Source: Strigamia acuminata
Lineage: Eukaryota
Reading direction: 5' to 3'
Assembly: GCA_949358305.1 (NCBI GenBank)
Contig: OX442314.1
Coordinates: 7,006,001 to 7,070,000, forward strand
DNA: 64,000 nt
The notes under the pieces were generated by a model. It saw only the letters and a program-made list of their open reading frames with translations. It did no database searches and was not told the DNA's origin. Below are positions 26,301 to 37,500 of the stretch, piece by piece. The position numbers and the translations under genes are program-made. Every line of letters starts with the position of its first letter. Position 1 is the stretch's first letter.

Positions 26301-29300
26301 TGTCGAGTTTAAGTTTTGCTGTTATAAATAAAATGAAGATTAAGCTTCCCGTCGCAACACACAATTGCCATCGATTAGAATATACGCCTTGCCATGCAGA
26401 ACGGTATCAAGCGTCCCCGGCGTCGCAGCACGGTCGTCCATCGAGTGGTTGACGGTACCACGTACACAGGGGTCGATAGCTCGCGGCTCCGCACAGCAGT
26501 TTTATCTCTCGCGGTACTAATAATAGACCGACTGCTTTGGCATCGAATACCATGAGAATCAGCTTGCCAAACACTTGGTGCTACTCGTGGTTACTGTAAA
26601 ACAGACTGCTTTGGCACCATCAGGTGAAGGAACCGATTCTCAACAATACCGATGCTACTCGTGGTAACGGAATACGTTCATACCGAAAAAGACAACTTGG
26701 TCCTGTCCGGAGGATACTGAATTGCACAACGGCGGGTTCTCCTTCGGCGTCGCAACCGTAGACTGTAACATTTATGCAACATAATAATCCCAGCACTTCG
26801 ACTTCAATTGCCGGCGGTGGCATGATTCTGTAGAATCATGCAACGGTTCTTTGCGAATAAATCAACAAAGAACCAAAAGGTTTTTTACGTGAACAACGAA
26901 TCATATTTCTTAAGTAACAATACCAAACAGAAAATAATCAAACAGAGCTGCGGAATGGCCGATTGTTTGGGTTTATATAACCTGACTGGATTAAGGATTA
27001 ATCCAGTCATCCAATTGGAACATGGGTTCCACGAATCCCTCCAATCCCGTATCACCGGAAGTGGATACGGAGGAGCATTAGGCTAATTCTCACCACAACC
27101 GGAACTGGATACCCAGGGCCGGAAATGGATCCACCAATCAGATCGATCGGTTGATCGATTGATCACCAAATGTTCTATCCCGCAGAAAATGGAAGTTATA
27201 ATGTATTTAACATCAAAAGACATTAATATATCTTTATATTAATGTTCACAAAGCTTCGTTTCGTTCTAGTAAATATAGTTTTATATTTATTTACATGTTT
27301 TATATTCATATCTTGAATTTACCGCTAAATCGTGATCGCGCCATCTGGCGACAACATTGCGCATTGACAAATGCGGTTTTAGTAGACGAATCATCGTGAT
27401 TTGGTCGTGATATCTTGATATCATGTAGGAATGTTATTAATACTAATTAATACATCATCTTTTATCATGGAAACCTCATAAATAGCTTTATTTAGGAATT
27501 ATATCCGTTTTACACAGAATACTGTAAAAATACCGTCATAATGACACAACAGCGCTTTTCTATAGAAAATAGGCATTTATAGCCATTAAAAACCGTCACA
27601 CATAAAACATTTATTGTTTGGTTTTGGTTTGAGGAATATGACTGAATATAGTTACATCTTTCCCAGTCCCAACAGGGCTAACACGAATCCTTTTGTTGAT
27701 ATTAAGCGATTTCCAGATGTTTTGCAATGACGATTTATTGTTGAACAATTGCCAGGGTGATATGTTGCCACAAGTTTTATTGGGTTGTTTAAGTAAGTCC
27801 AACCGGGCTTCGCGAATTCCTTCATTTCTTTTTTCACCACAAACTGTGACAGAAGGAAATTCGGTGTAGCGTCGTTGACTTATTCGAACGATTGTTGTGC
27901 TCGGTTCATCGAGGTAGTAATTGGCACGAATGTGCAGGCAATACAAAGTAAATCCTGCAACAACTAATACGAATATTAACTTCCGCTTTTGTAAAACTGT
28001 ATATATTTTGATTTGCTCTTCAGTTTCATCGATCTTTTTTTTGCACATTTCATACAGACGCCTAATCTTATTGACGGATCTTTTTTGGCGAATGTTTGAT
28101 GCAACATAATATAAATACCAAATGATGTCAGGTAATGAGATTACGGATAGTCCAAGAAACAGGCCCAGGTTTCCTCCTAAATCTGACAGTAAGGCAATAA
28201 CATCATAAGTGTACCGTTCTTCGTAAACAGTGACCTTCTCATTAGTTATTGCTAATGATACAGTCATCGTTTTATTATTATTAGCTATGCCTAAATCAGA
28301 AGATGGTGTAAAAGTTATATGTTGACAAGGACGTTGACATCCGCAATGAGCAATTGGTTCTGCAAATTTAACCAAGCTTCTAACACCAGAATATATCTGA
28401 GCTGTATCATTTGCTGATTTGCAAAGTGGCAAATCTAACTTCATGAACGGAAATCTTGAATAGAATATATATAATTAGCTGTTTAAATGTGATACCATAC
28501 AAGAAGCATTATCATCACATGTTCTTACCTGCATTTTCGCTTTTTAAATTCGTTAAGTAAGCAATTCCGATAGCATTCTCTGTATTCGTCTTCGTTAGAG
28601 CATGTACTGATCGGTGAATTATGCAATATAAACTACAATGGAAATCATTGAAATCAGCCCAGGAATTTCAAGTTTTTAGGTGAAACTTTACTTTGTTACA
28701 ACTAAAATTTATTTTAATTGTTGAACCAGGATACATCCGTGATACAAGATAGTGATTTCCAACATTATTGAATGTCAGGTAAATCTAAGGGCAAAAAGGG
28801 AAAAATTAATAATACAATTGCTATTGTACTTTAATCAGGTTACCTGATAATAAGGCTTATTGCATATCGATTCGTAATTTTTTTTTAAATTCACTGTGAG
28901 CAACTTTCCGACAAATGATTTGCTAGAAGCTTCAGCTGTGTCAATGAATAATTTTAGTGTAACAATGTAGGTAGTGAAAAATTCTTGTTTGTACTAGTAG
29001 TAGTTACCAAATCGAAATGCTGTGCATATTCCAAATCCACTGTCAGTTTCCGTCTGAACAACAGTTGTATTCGAATATCCCTACACAAATATAGCTTAAA
29101 TTGTGATTTTTAACTGAATTTCTCTTTTGTTTTTTTATTTTTAGTTTTTACTTTTATTTTTACACTGTCGATGTCGTCAGTATTGTTAGTTGCTTTCCAA
29201 AGTGTATCCATGTCGTAAGTTGGGTTTTCAAAAATCATTAGTTTTTCAAGCATATAATGGCATGTTTGTTTATTTGTTATAAGAGTTTCTTCCAAAAGCT

Positions 29301-29679
29301 TATTCATTTTCTTTGTATCTGAACTACAAATCATTAAGTCTGGTACAGCAACATTTTCTGATCTACTCGTTACGTCAACAGTGCTAGGATAACTGAAGTA
29401 ATGCATTACTCTATCGTATGTCTGATAAGTGAGCATGCATGTGCAAAAGAGAAGCAAAATTAGCCAAAGTGTATGACGTCCGCTCCAATGTTTTCTACTG
29501 TTTACGAAATCATCCAGACCAATTAAACTGCAGTTTGGTTTATTGGCCTCATCTTTCATCATAAGTTGAATTGCAGAACGTAGTTTGCTTAATCTTAGCA
29601 TATTTCTTCTCAATAAGTGATTTCCCTGCAGTTCCTGTATTTGGGGCCAGACCTGATCTGAGTTCAGACTTTCAATCAA
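17400..29679 (-). CDS. DEG/ENaC (pickpocket/ASIC-like) channel with two fused subunit modules; 3' end not found in window
   Basis: Predicted exons: ~29679-29152, 29080-29008, 28935-28844, 28784-28692, 28632-28529, 28454-27656, 18278-18221, 18060-17975, 17667-17572, 17509-17400. All are GT-AG and the joined frame is open. Motifs: TM1 then YFSYPSTV...VPDLMIC; FGIC; Cys-rich thumb; TM2 LLSDLGGNLGLFLGLSVIS; then a second TM1 with YYLDEPSTT...FPSVTVC. Start codon uncertain. Confidence 0.85.
20775..22160 (-). CDS. Gag-like protein with a single CCHC zinc knuckle (461 aa from first ATG)
   Basis: Only long ORF in the element: CFHCKQPGHTKQDC followed by a helical C-terminus. Mostly low-complexity S/K/N/T; no capsid fold is recognisable by eye. 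Confidence 0.7.
   Translation of the reverse strand: MAQKPLKMVDLEGINKRTNLNLSYVPLGDQTEKIPDHFTLYCNRHGLDKTKFKNIIEASDYVKARNWRDRTQSQSSHQDPVRNPQTSSRNLVNQDFHTMFQTSSRGSNLEKFKPPNSVDKGEENYKPNNSRPESSLTNQSVVQNKLKLVYNRDQLISVRYANPAEAQRYVASLNLSINLPLSKELGTVNKSFGPPISTQKKDVRAVNKRLLSPNPCDGFTTSFSNPTKKKSSLHTPNKRLQSNNLQQRARSPITNSCLRTNDLSTKKSPQPRQFYLTPISNRKRFKQTLFPLEKYYQHDTSTKTIVSTTQIRGPFDGTSQEKNTFITKPKVEKVLLSRFNTSSTSNETNKYKYGETGLHHSVPEATNSQEATFTYVRKCFHCKQPGHTKQDCPTWSKRKFNDQRKNFDYSNVSKDSFKRPRQNWVTTEVLEQRFTEMENRITAVINKSMSDLFEKLSQHKM
25130..25699 (-). repeat. Three imperfect tandem leader repeats, two with a full tRNA-Gln PBS
   Basis: TTGCAACCTAATCTCGGTGGGACCTCCACGTGTGA occurs at about 25435-25469 and 25670-25704, with a degenerate third copy at about 25257-25290. 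Shared upstream AT-rich blocks. Confidence 0.85.
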
Positions 29680-29949
29680 CAGTTATCAGCTGATGTTTGG
29701 ACAAATTGTTTTTCAAAACTATATGGCAGCTTGTCTGTTTGGTGTCGTATCCTTGAGCAAACAAGGCAACTAAGCTCTTTATTTACCATTATATTTAGAA
29801 TTGATCCGTGTTTTTATTCCCTAGCAACACCGCATGTAAAACTCATAAAATTATCCAAGCAACAACAATATTGATATACCGTAACATTCCATTGATTTAG
29901 AAAGTAGTAGTTTACAGTAAGTGTTGGATCTAACCTGATTAAAACCTTA

Positions 29950-30500
29950 TACAGTATGTCCCTCCTCTTGTGTATAGGCACTCAAGTTAGAACAGGACCC
30001 AAATAAAATTGGCATGACATGTTTTGAATTGAAAGAATGGGTGCTGAAAACGGATCTCTTTATTGTACAGTATTCTCTCCGTTTCATCAGACAAATGCTT
30101 TCCAGAGACAACAATATAACGGTTATGTAACCGCTGGGCCACTTAAGGGTGACCAGTATCACTGCCACACGCCGTCCTGTGGCCCTAAGGTCATCCCTCT
30201 TCGCGGAGTGGTATGACTCTGCACAGGGAAGGAGTGGTGAGGAAAGAGAGTGAGAGAGAAGAGCGCTGGGTATCAACTGAGACAGGTGTATGTGAAGTAA
30301 GGTCCTAAAGCCAGCAAGGGCAGTCGTGCCCTGTGCTGACTCTGCTCTCCTCCCCATTCACGACTGTGACGCTCAGTAGTGTGATGTTGGATCCACTACA
30401 GACTCCATGAGTGGTTGCATGGGCCGAACAGATGAGTACGGCAGAAGTTATATCCAACTCGGAAATCCACTACCAGCCTCTCAACGAGACTGGGCAAATT
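29950..30500. repeat. Interspersed repeat remnant (possibly LTR-derived), related to ~52150-52480
   Basis: Shared motifs GGGTGACCAG..TCACTG.CACA and CAGT.GTGTGATGTTGGATCCAC.ACA...CTCCATGAG in both places. Ends not resolved. Confidence 0.5.
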
Positions 30501-30864
30501 TTCACACATGATGCAGTTATTGCTGTGTAAACACAAAGCAAAATGATGAATATAGAGACGATTAATTAAAACATTACATTTCTAGAAAATTCTTATTTAT
30601 GTTATGTTGACTTGACTACTTCTCATAAGCAAACTTGAATCTATTGAATCAGGTGGATAGAAGTGTTTTGTGTGCGTGTGTGGCAGTGCAGTTACAGTAT
30701 ACTACCAGAAATGACAAAAAAGGATTTTCTTTCAATAATAAAATTAATTTCAATTGTTCCCTAAGAGGGCGGTCAAGTGGATATTTTTTATATTTTTCAT
30801 AAATGAATCAATCATCTTTATAGAAGAGTTACCATGGGACATAAGACATTACAGTATACAGAAT

Positions 30865-31091
30865 TAAAGAGCCAAGTCTGAACCCAGCCTTGGTCTGGCC
30901 CCAAATACGGAAACTATAGAAGTACTGTATAATGCAGAAAAATAACTTGATGGGAAAAAATATGCAAAGATTAAGAAAACTACGTACAAAAATTTAACTC
31001 GTGATAAAAGAAGGCGCCAACAAACCGAACTACAGTTTAATTGGTCTGGATGATTTTGTAAACAGTAGAAAACATTGGAGCAGACGGCACA
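30865..31091 (+). pseudogene. Inverted, truncated paralogous copy of DEG/ENaC exon 1
   Basis: Encodes KEGANKPNYSLIGLDDFVNSRKHWSRRH, versus KDEANKPNCSLIGLDDFVNSRKHWSGRH in the gene. An upstream GTCTGGCCCCAAATAC also matches. It has stops/indels and ends before TM1. Confidence 0.85.
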
Positions 31092-32761
31092 ACGGGTGTA
31101 ATATGTCGGCGATCTTTTCCTTGGTCTTGGTGGAAGTGGCCATTTTTCGAGCCTGTTCCGCTAAGAAATTGAACCTTTTTTGCTTCATCACGAGCGGCTG
31201 CTGCATTTGTTGATGCCAGCTGCCTCTTATGCTATATTGTCTTAATGACCTCCTCGAGATCGTGTTGTGACCTTAAGCCACTCGCATCAACCTCCACGCC
31301 CTAAAAAATAAAAATTAGCACCTGAAAGTTTCACGACACTCACAAGCCGACAGCCCAAAGTTAGCAGTAAAGAATGCCTGTCCCATCCTTCGCGATTAGA
31401 ATCTATTCACTCTCAAACCAAGTAGAAAGAAAAACGTATATCCAAGTTTCATAGTATTTTTACTCGCGCCCCACAGCGACGAATGCTACACGTAACGTTT
31501 TCTGTTTCACTGGCATTGCACCAGTTTTAACACCTGCCGGAAACGTCAAAAGCATTGTTCAGGATTCCCCGGTATTGCCTAGCTTTAGCACCATCATCAC
31601 ACCCGAACAACCACCATGATCGCGATAATCATGATGAGACAAAATAATTTAAGCCATACTGAAGGTTGTCCAGCGCAAGCCTGAATGCGTTAGGTCCACA
31701 CCCTCTCAGACTCAGACATAACTCAATTCGGATATGAAAATAGAGTAGCGATAGGATAATAGATAGGAAAATGCGTGTTTTGTGTTTCACAAGTTGGGAA
31801 AAAAGTTCCACACAAAACACTGAAAATAAAGATGAAAAAGGTGTTGGGCTGGATTCACGGTCTCTTTTCAAAGCCGTTAGTTACCCAATCCGCGTCTGCA
31901 GACATTCCATGTGCGGTTTAAAAGCAAACACCGTTAGGGATGTCACCAAAGCGGTCCCCACTAATAGGTTGCCCTCCCTGCTATTCGAGACCCAATTTCC
32001 ACAGCAAGGTAGTGAAATTGACCAAATTGTACCATAAGTGGCCACAGAGACACAAAAAAGCCAAAATCATGCCAGGCTGCTTCCACCAGTGCTCGGAACA
32101 GGCTTTGTAGTCACATTGTGTGGCCAATCTCATCTCTGCACACCAGTCGAGAGTCCATGTGCCTGCAGTCTACAAAGCATTCTCCAATGTGCCATGCCCA
32201 ATGATATCACATAAGGTGCTCACAAAAATATTATCACGGTGTTAAAATTTACCCAATTGTTGTGTTGGCAATGATAATGACGAGAAATTACAATGAAATC
32301 ATGTTTATCATTAAATAATATTTCTATTTACACTGCTATGCAGTAATATTTTACTGAAATATTGAAATTTCTAACATTTGTAGATTTTTTACTTTTTTTA
32401 CTTGCACAAAATTATTATCACTTTTTGTGAAAATTGCAGATTTATACATTTTTAATACCCTGTGATACCTCCCTTATGTTCAATTAGCCTATAAATTCAA
32501 TCTTTCATCCCATCAATTAGTTTTGGAAGAACCATTTGATCAGTTTTTTCCCACCAATGTTGCCTTGAATACATGGATGGGAGCATTACCTATTGAAAGA
32601 TGGCCTTTTGTCCAGCAATTCTTATCATCCAGGGCTTTAAATGGGAATTAAACATATCTTAATACGTATCGGAATACATCCTACCAGGAATAAAGGCAAG
32701 GGTGGTTTTTCTCTTACAGCAAAATGCACCCCAAAACTTAACATTTCCACCACCTCCAAAG

Positions 32762-34027
32762 GGGGCGCTGTACTGGGAGCAACATGCTTAAGGGCAACAT
32801 TGCTCTTCGTTATGTTAAAAAAATGTCTAAGGGCAACATTGCTCTTCGTCATGTTAAAAAAATGTCTAAAGGCAACATTGCTCTTCGTCATGTAAATGTA
32901 ATGACTAAGAGCAACACCAGACATTTTTGCGTGTTGCCTTTAGGCATGTTAAATATGTTGCTATTAGTCATGCAAATATAATGACTAAGAGCAACACCAT
33001 AAATTTTTGCATGTTGCCCTTAGGCATGTTAAATATGTTGCTTTTCGTCATGTAAATACAATGACCAAGAGCAACACCAGAAGTTTTTGCGTGTTGCTCT
33101 TAGGCATGTTAAATATGTTGCCATTAGTCATGTAAATATAATGACCAAGAGCAACACCATAAATATTTTTTTTTGGTTTTTAATGTTTTAATTTTCTTGA
33201 ATAACTGGGGAACTCTACACGAATAAACAGAGTGTGGACTGGACATTAGCTCGACAGTAAGGGCACGTTGCAGGTCTCCTCTCTGTACGTGCAGTGGCCA
33301 TAACTCGCTCGCTGCAGGCTGCACAGAAGTATAAATGCTCGCAGGGCAGCAGCATGGCAGTGTTTCTGTCACTTAGTAGGCAAACCACACAGAGGCCCTG
33401 TCCTGTGGCTTGATTAGCGCCCTCATCCTGCTCCTCATCAGATTCCACATTGGCTAGGTCTGCTGCGACGTCAACTACCTCGGTGGGCACAATAATTGTG
33501 CGACGCGTAGCAGCACGAGCAGCTGCCTGCTGGCCGTGGCTAGTGCCGCCAAAGCTTGGTGTCATGAGCATCTGGGATGCTCATCAGGCCTGCTTCGTAC
33601 TTCGTCGTTACGCGCAGCACCCCTCGATCGGTAAGGACATACTTCATCTTACGATTCCGGCGTGAAATAACCCCTTCTAGCAGGTGTGTGTGCTCTCTCA
33701 CATACGCGTGCTCCATCGACCTGAAGGTGTCAACAAACACCCATACGTTAAGGTAGGCAACACGAACTTTGCGGTGTAAGGAAGAGTGGAAATAATACAA
33801 ATGTTGCTCTTAGTCATGATTACAACTGTTGCTCCACGTCATTTTCTTATAATGTCTAAGAGCAATCCCAAATAATACCAAATTTGCTCTTAGTCATTAT
33901 TACACGGAACTGCAACTGTTGCTCCAGGTCATTTTTTTATAATGTCTAAGAGCAATGTTGCTCTTAACCAATTTTAGACCTAATTTCAACTGTTGCTCTT
34001 AGGAATGTTGCTCCCAGTACGCGGCAG
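32762..34027 (-). mobile_element. Internally deleted Mutator-like (MULE/foldback) element with a transposase C-terminus and RING finger
   Basis: TIR GTACTGGGAGCAACAT.C.TAAG.GCAACA with modular tandem subrepeats; 9-bp direct repeat CCTCCAAAG at 32753-32761 and 34028-34036. 33540-33800 encodes FHSSLHRKVRVAYLNVWVFVDTFRSME (MULE post-catalytic HPNIW-like motif). 33215-33571 encodes CVVC...PCEHLYFCAAC...CPYCR. Confidence 0.85.
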
Positions 34028-34036
34028 CCTCCAAAG

Positions 34037-34175
34037 ATCACCAAACATGGGATGCTGAATGGCACAAAATTATATTTTCTGATGAAAAAAAGTTTAAAAT
34101 GGACAGATCTGATGGTTGCCAACATTACTGGCATGATTTGGTAAGGAACATGGAAGTGTTTTCAAAACAAGTGTT
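34037..34175 (+). mobile_element. Degenerate Tc3-like transposase fragment (target of the MULE)
   Basis: DHQTWDAEWHKIIFSDEK, then after a frameshift MDRSDGCQHYWHDL; homologous to the relic at 16690-16850. Confidence 0.75.
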
Positions 34176-34594
34176 ATCTCAGTGTGGATGCAATCTCGAT
34201 CGCCGCCTACTCAGTTGAGAAATTTCTCAAACCACCCCTGGTAGTTGGGACATGGGATCTCTCATGTGGTTGGTATCTGAGTTAATTAATCAATATGGAG
34301 TTTTTTATGAATATTTATTGGACCTCCACATTATTCATGATTAGACCTCGAATATTTATGCAAAATAAAATTCGTTTTATGCGCATATAATATGCACCAA
34401 AAATTCTATTTTATGAAAAATAAAAATAAAAATATGCAAAATAAAAAAAAATTATTTGAGTGAAATCAGGTGTTAAATAACAACGAAAAATAAAAAATAA
34501 TTTCTATGCATTTATGCAGTTATCCGGGCCTTATTTTCATGATTTATGTCAACTAAAACCTAACAAGATTTAATTAAGATTCAATAAAGAAAAA

Positions 34595-37500
34595 TCAAAA
34601 AACAATTTTATTCCCGTTCTGCGGCAACTTTGAATATTTTATTTTTAAAGCATCGCCGACTTGATCCGCTGCTCGTAAAACCTGTAAAAATCAAACACAA
34701 ATTCAACAATCCAAAAAGAAAAATAAATGGAGTTAATTGACATACTCTATCTAACATCTCTTTTGTATGTCCAGCAGACAAGCAAAACCGAGCGCGATCT
34801 TTCATAGCAGGTGTTGCAGGAAAACCACATGCAATAGCTGCAATTCCATGATTCGCCATTCGTGAAACGTAAGCCCTACAAATGATACAAGTAACTTTAA
34901 GGCCCCACAGACGAATTTATAAATAAATAAATAAATAAAAATAATTGAAAAAAAATGTCTTCAATATAATTTTTGAGAATTTTTTGGGAACATGGGGCTC
35001 TTGCCGCGTTATACCCGCATTCGGCTTAAAACGAGATAATACTGTATAAGATTTAGAGAGAATTATCCTGAGTACATCGTTATAGAGTTTGTCACGGGCA
35101 GGCTACCCACTCTCTTTTTTATTTAAACTATTCCATCTTATTTTCCTATAATATTTTCTAATTTCATCTATTCTTACTGACTCATCTCCTTGACTCATCT
35201 TCAGTTAATTGATACGCAATCGAGATTATGCGCATACAATTATTTTAAACAATTAGATCTTTATTTATACCTTTCACCCCTTGACCACAGATTAGAAGAA
35301 GACACAGATGCGACAATCCTTTGTTATAATGCGTTACCGGCCGCCAAGCGGGAAAGTTTTTCCCTATAGATTCAAAATACAAATTCATTGTTGTCAGACC
35401 CCAAAATTATTATTTTTTTTTATTTTTTTATTTTTTTATTTTTTTTATTTGTATTTTGAATTGATAGGGAAAAACTTTTCCGCTTGGCGGCCGGTAACGC
35501 ATTATAACAAAGGATTGTCGCATCTGTGTCTTCTTCTAATCTGTGCCCTTGACACAATTTAACTTGACCAGTCACATGACTACGTCTTCTTATTTTCATT
35601 CATCCTAACTTAAATCACTTCTCTTGCTTTCTACTGAGAAACACCACTTCCTTTTAGTTAACATTAGATTTAGTCAACCTATTATTTTGCGCCTTAAATA
35701 AGCGCTCTCTCATGTTTAATCCTACTGCGCTTATTTCAGCCACATATTTTATGTTATTCACTGCTCGTGATATCCCTCTCCACCCTGAGGTAAATATCAT
35801 TACGCATCTCATTATTTTACGCCCACAACACCCAACTGTAAGTGAGAAACTGTCTAATATAAATAATGTTAGTCAAACGCGAGTGTTAGATTCTTTGAGT
35901 CCCCGGATGTCCACATTTGAAGGAGACAATTGTTTAGGAGAATATACAAACTTTGCCCAATCCTATTGCGCCAAATTAGCTTTTGCGCGATATTGTTAGA
36001 ATTAATTATAACACCCAGAATTAATAGTGACAAGTTTGCAGATGAAATGGTTCCTTTCAAGATTTCAAAGGGGATAAATTTAAACCCCACTAATTTTCCT
36101 TGGATTTCCACTAAATAAAAACTAAATCTCCCACTCACTGACTTTCCCACTAAATTAATTTTTTTTCCCACTAATTTAACTAAATCCAAAATTAGTGGGC
36201 CAATAAACGAGACCCGATTTCAAATAGGATAAAACATTCCTATCCAGTACGGAAAAGGACTTACAAGTTAGTTCTATGTCAAGGAGGCCCTAGGTGCATA
36301 CCAAAACTCACCGTGATTTAGCTGTCATGAATAACAGCACAGGCACTACAGGAGAAGAGTCATTGCCATAAACTACAAAACCCATTTCCTTCAACCGTCT
36401 TCGAAAATACAACGTATTTCTCGCCAATTGTTTCAATTTTGTTTCGCCGACCTGCGTCCCATCTGCACCCATAATTATTTCCATAGAAGATACAATTTGT
36501 TGAGCGACTGGTGGCGACATACTGCAACCATAAACCATGGCGTGCGAATGTCTTCTGATGTGATCTACCAATTCCTAGAAATTTCCTATTATAAATACAT
36601 AAATTCAAGTTTTTTTTAAAAAAAAAATACTTTTTTTCCTGCAATATAACCACCATTTGCTGCAAAACTTTTAGTAAAAGTGCCCATTAAGATGTCCACG
36701 TCTTCGGGCTGGCAATTGAAATATTCGACTACGCCTCGACCACGTGCACCCAAAGCTCCAATGCTGTGAGCTTCGTCCACATACAAATATGCTTTGTATT
36801 TCTTTTTAAGGCGGATAACCTCAGGTAAATGGACAATTGACCCTTCCATGCTAATGTAAAAAAAAATTGCAAAACTTAATTTAATTCTTTGCATAATTTG
36901 CTGCGATCCGGGTTATTATCGCACTTATTTCTAATAAATAAGCACGAAACCGCAGGTGAATGCTAAAATAGACTTACAATCAGCGGCCTTAAACTTGTCT
37001 AGGGTTAAGTTTATTAAGTAGGAAAATAAAGACACAATTTTTATGATAAAAATCACACAAATTCTTTATTAAGTTAAATACAATGAAATATAAAATATAT
37101 TGACTAGTTGAAATAGGAAGAGCGACAAGTCGCGTAACAATTTGAGCGGAAAACAATGGAAGGGCTTGCAACGACTGTTGCAAGCTACAAAGCGCTAAAA
37201 TGGCGCTTAAACAACACACAGTTGTTAGGCGAAGGCAAAGGTCTTCGTTTGCTGAACTCACGAACGATGGTCGAAGACGATGGTTCTCGTGGGCTCCTTC
37301 TACGGCTCGTGCGACGGCTCGGCGGCGGTGGTTGACGGCTGTAGGCGTCCGACTCTCGTACGATGGCGGTGGCTGGCGTTCGCGCGGCAGCGACGGCGAT
37401 GGTTCACGATCGTCGGGAAACTTCTTCTTCTCGATTGCTGGAATTAGCTACGGCTAATTCAAGCAGAATTGCTGGCTTTGTGCTTTGGGTGGCACAAAGA

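Larger units (their letters stand above)
18290..27600 (-). mobile_element. Non-autonomous Gypsy-type element with 1901-bp LTRs and no pol (LARD-like)
   Basis: LTRs 18290-20190 and 25700-27600 (TGTGACGG...CCGTCACA) look identical. TSD CATA. PBS TGGAGGTCCCACCGAGATT (tRNA-Gln) at 25679-25697. PPT at 20191-20200. Confidence 0.95.

Noticed and set aside
32637..32981. Short repetitive ORFs (KGNIALRHV...)
   Set aside because: Translations of the MULE TIR subrepeats.
35860..36215. MITE with CCCACTAA repeats in an SPT intron
   Set aside because: Only one plausible terminus; no TIR pair or TSD established.
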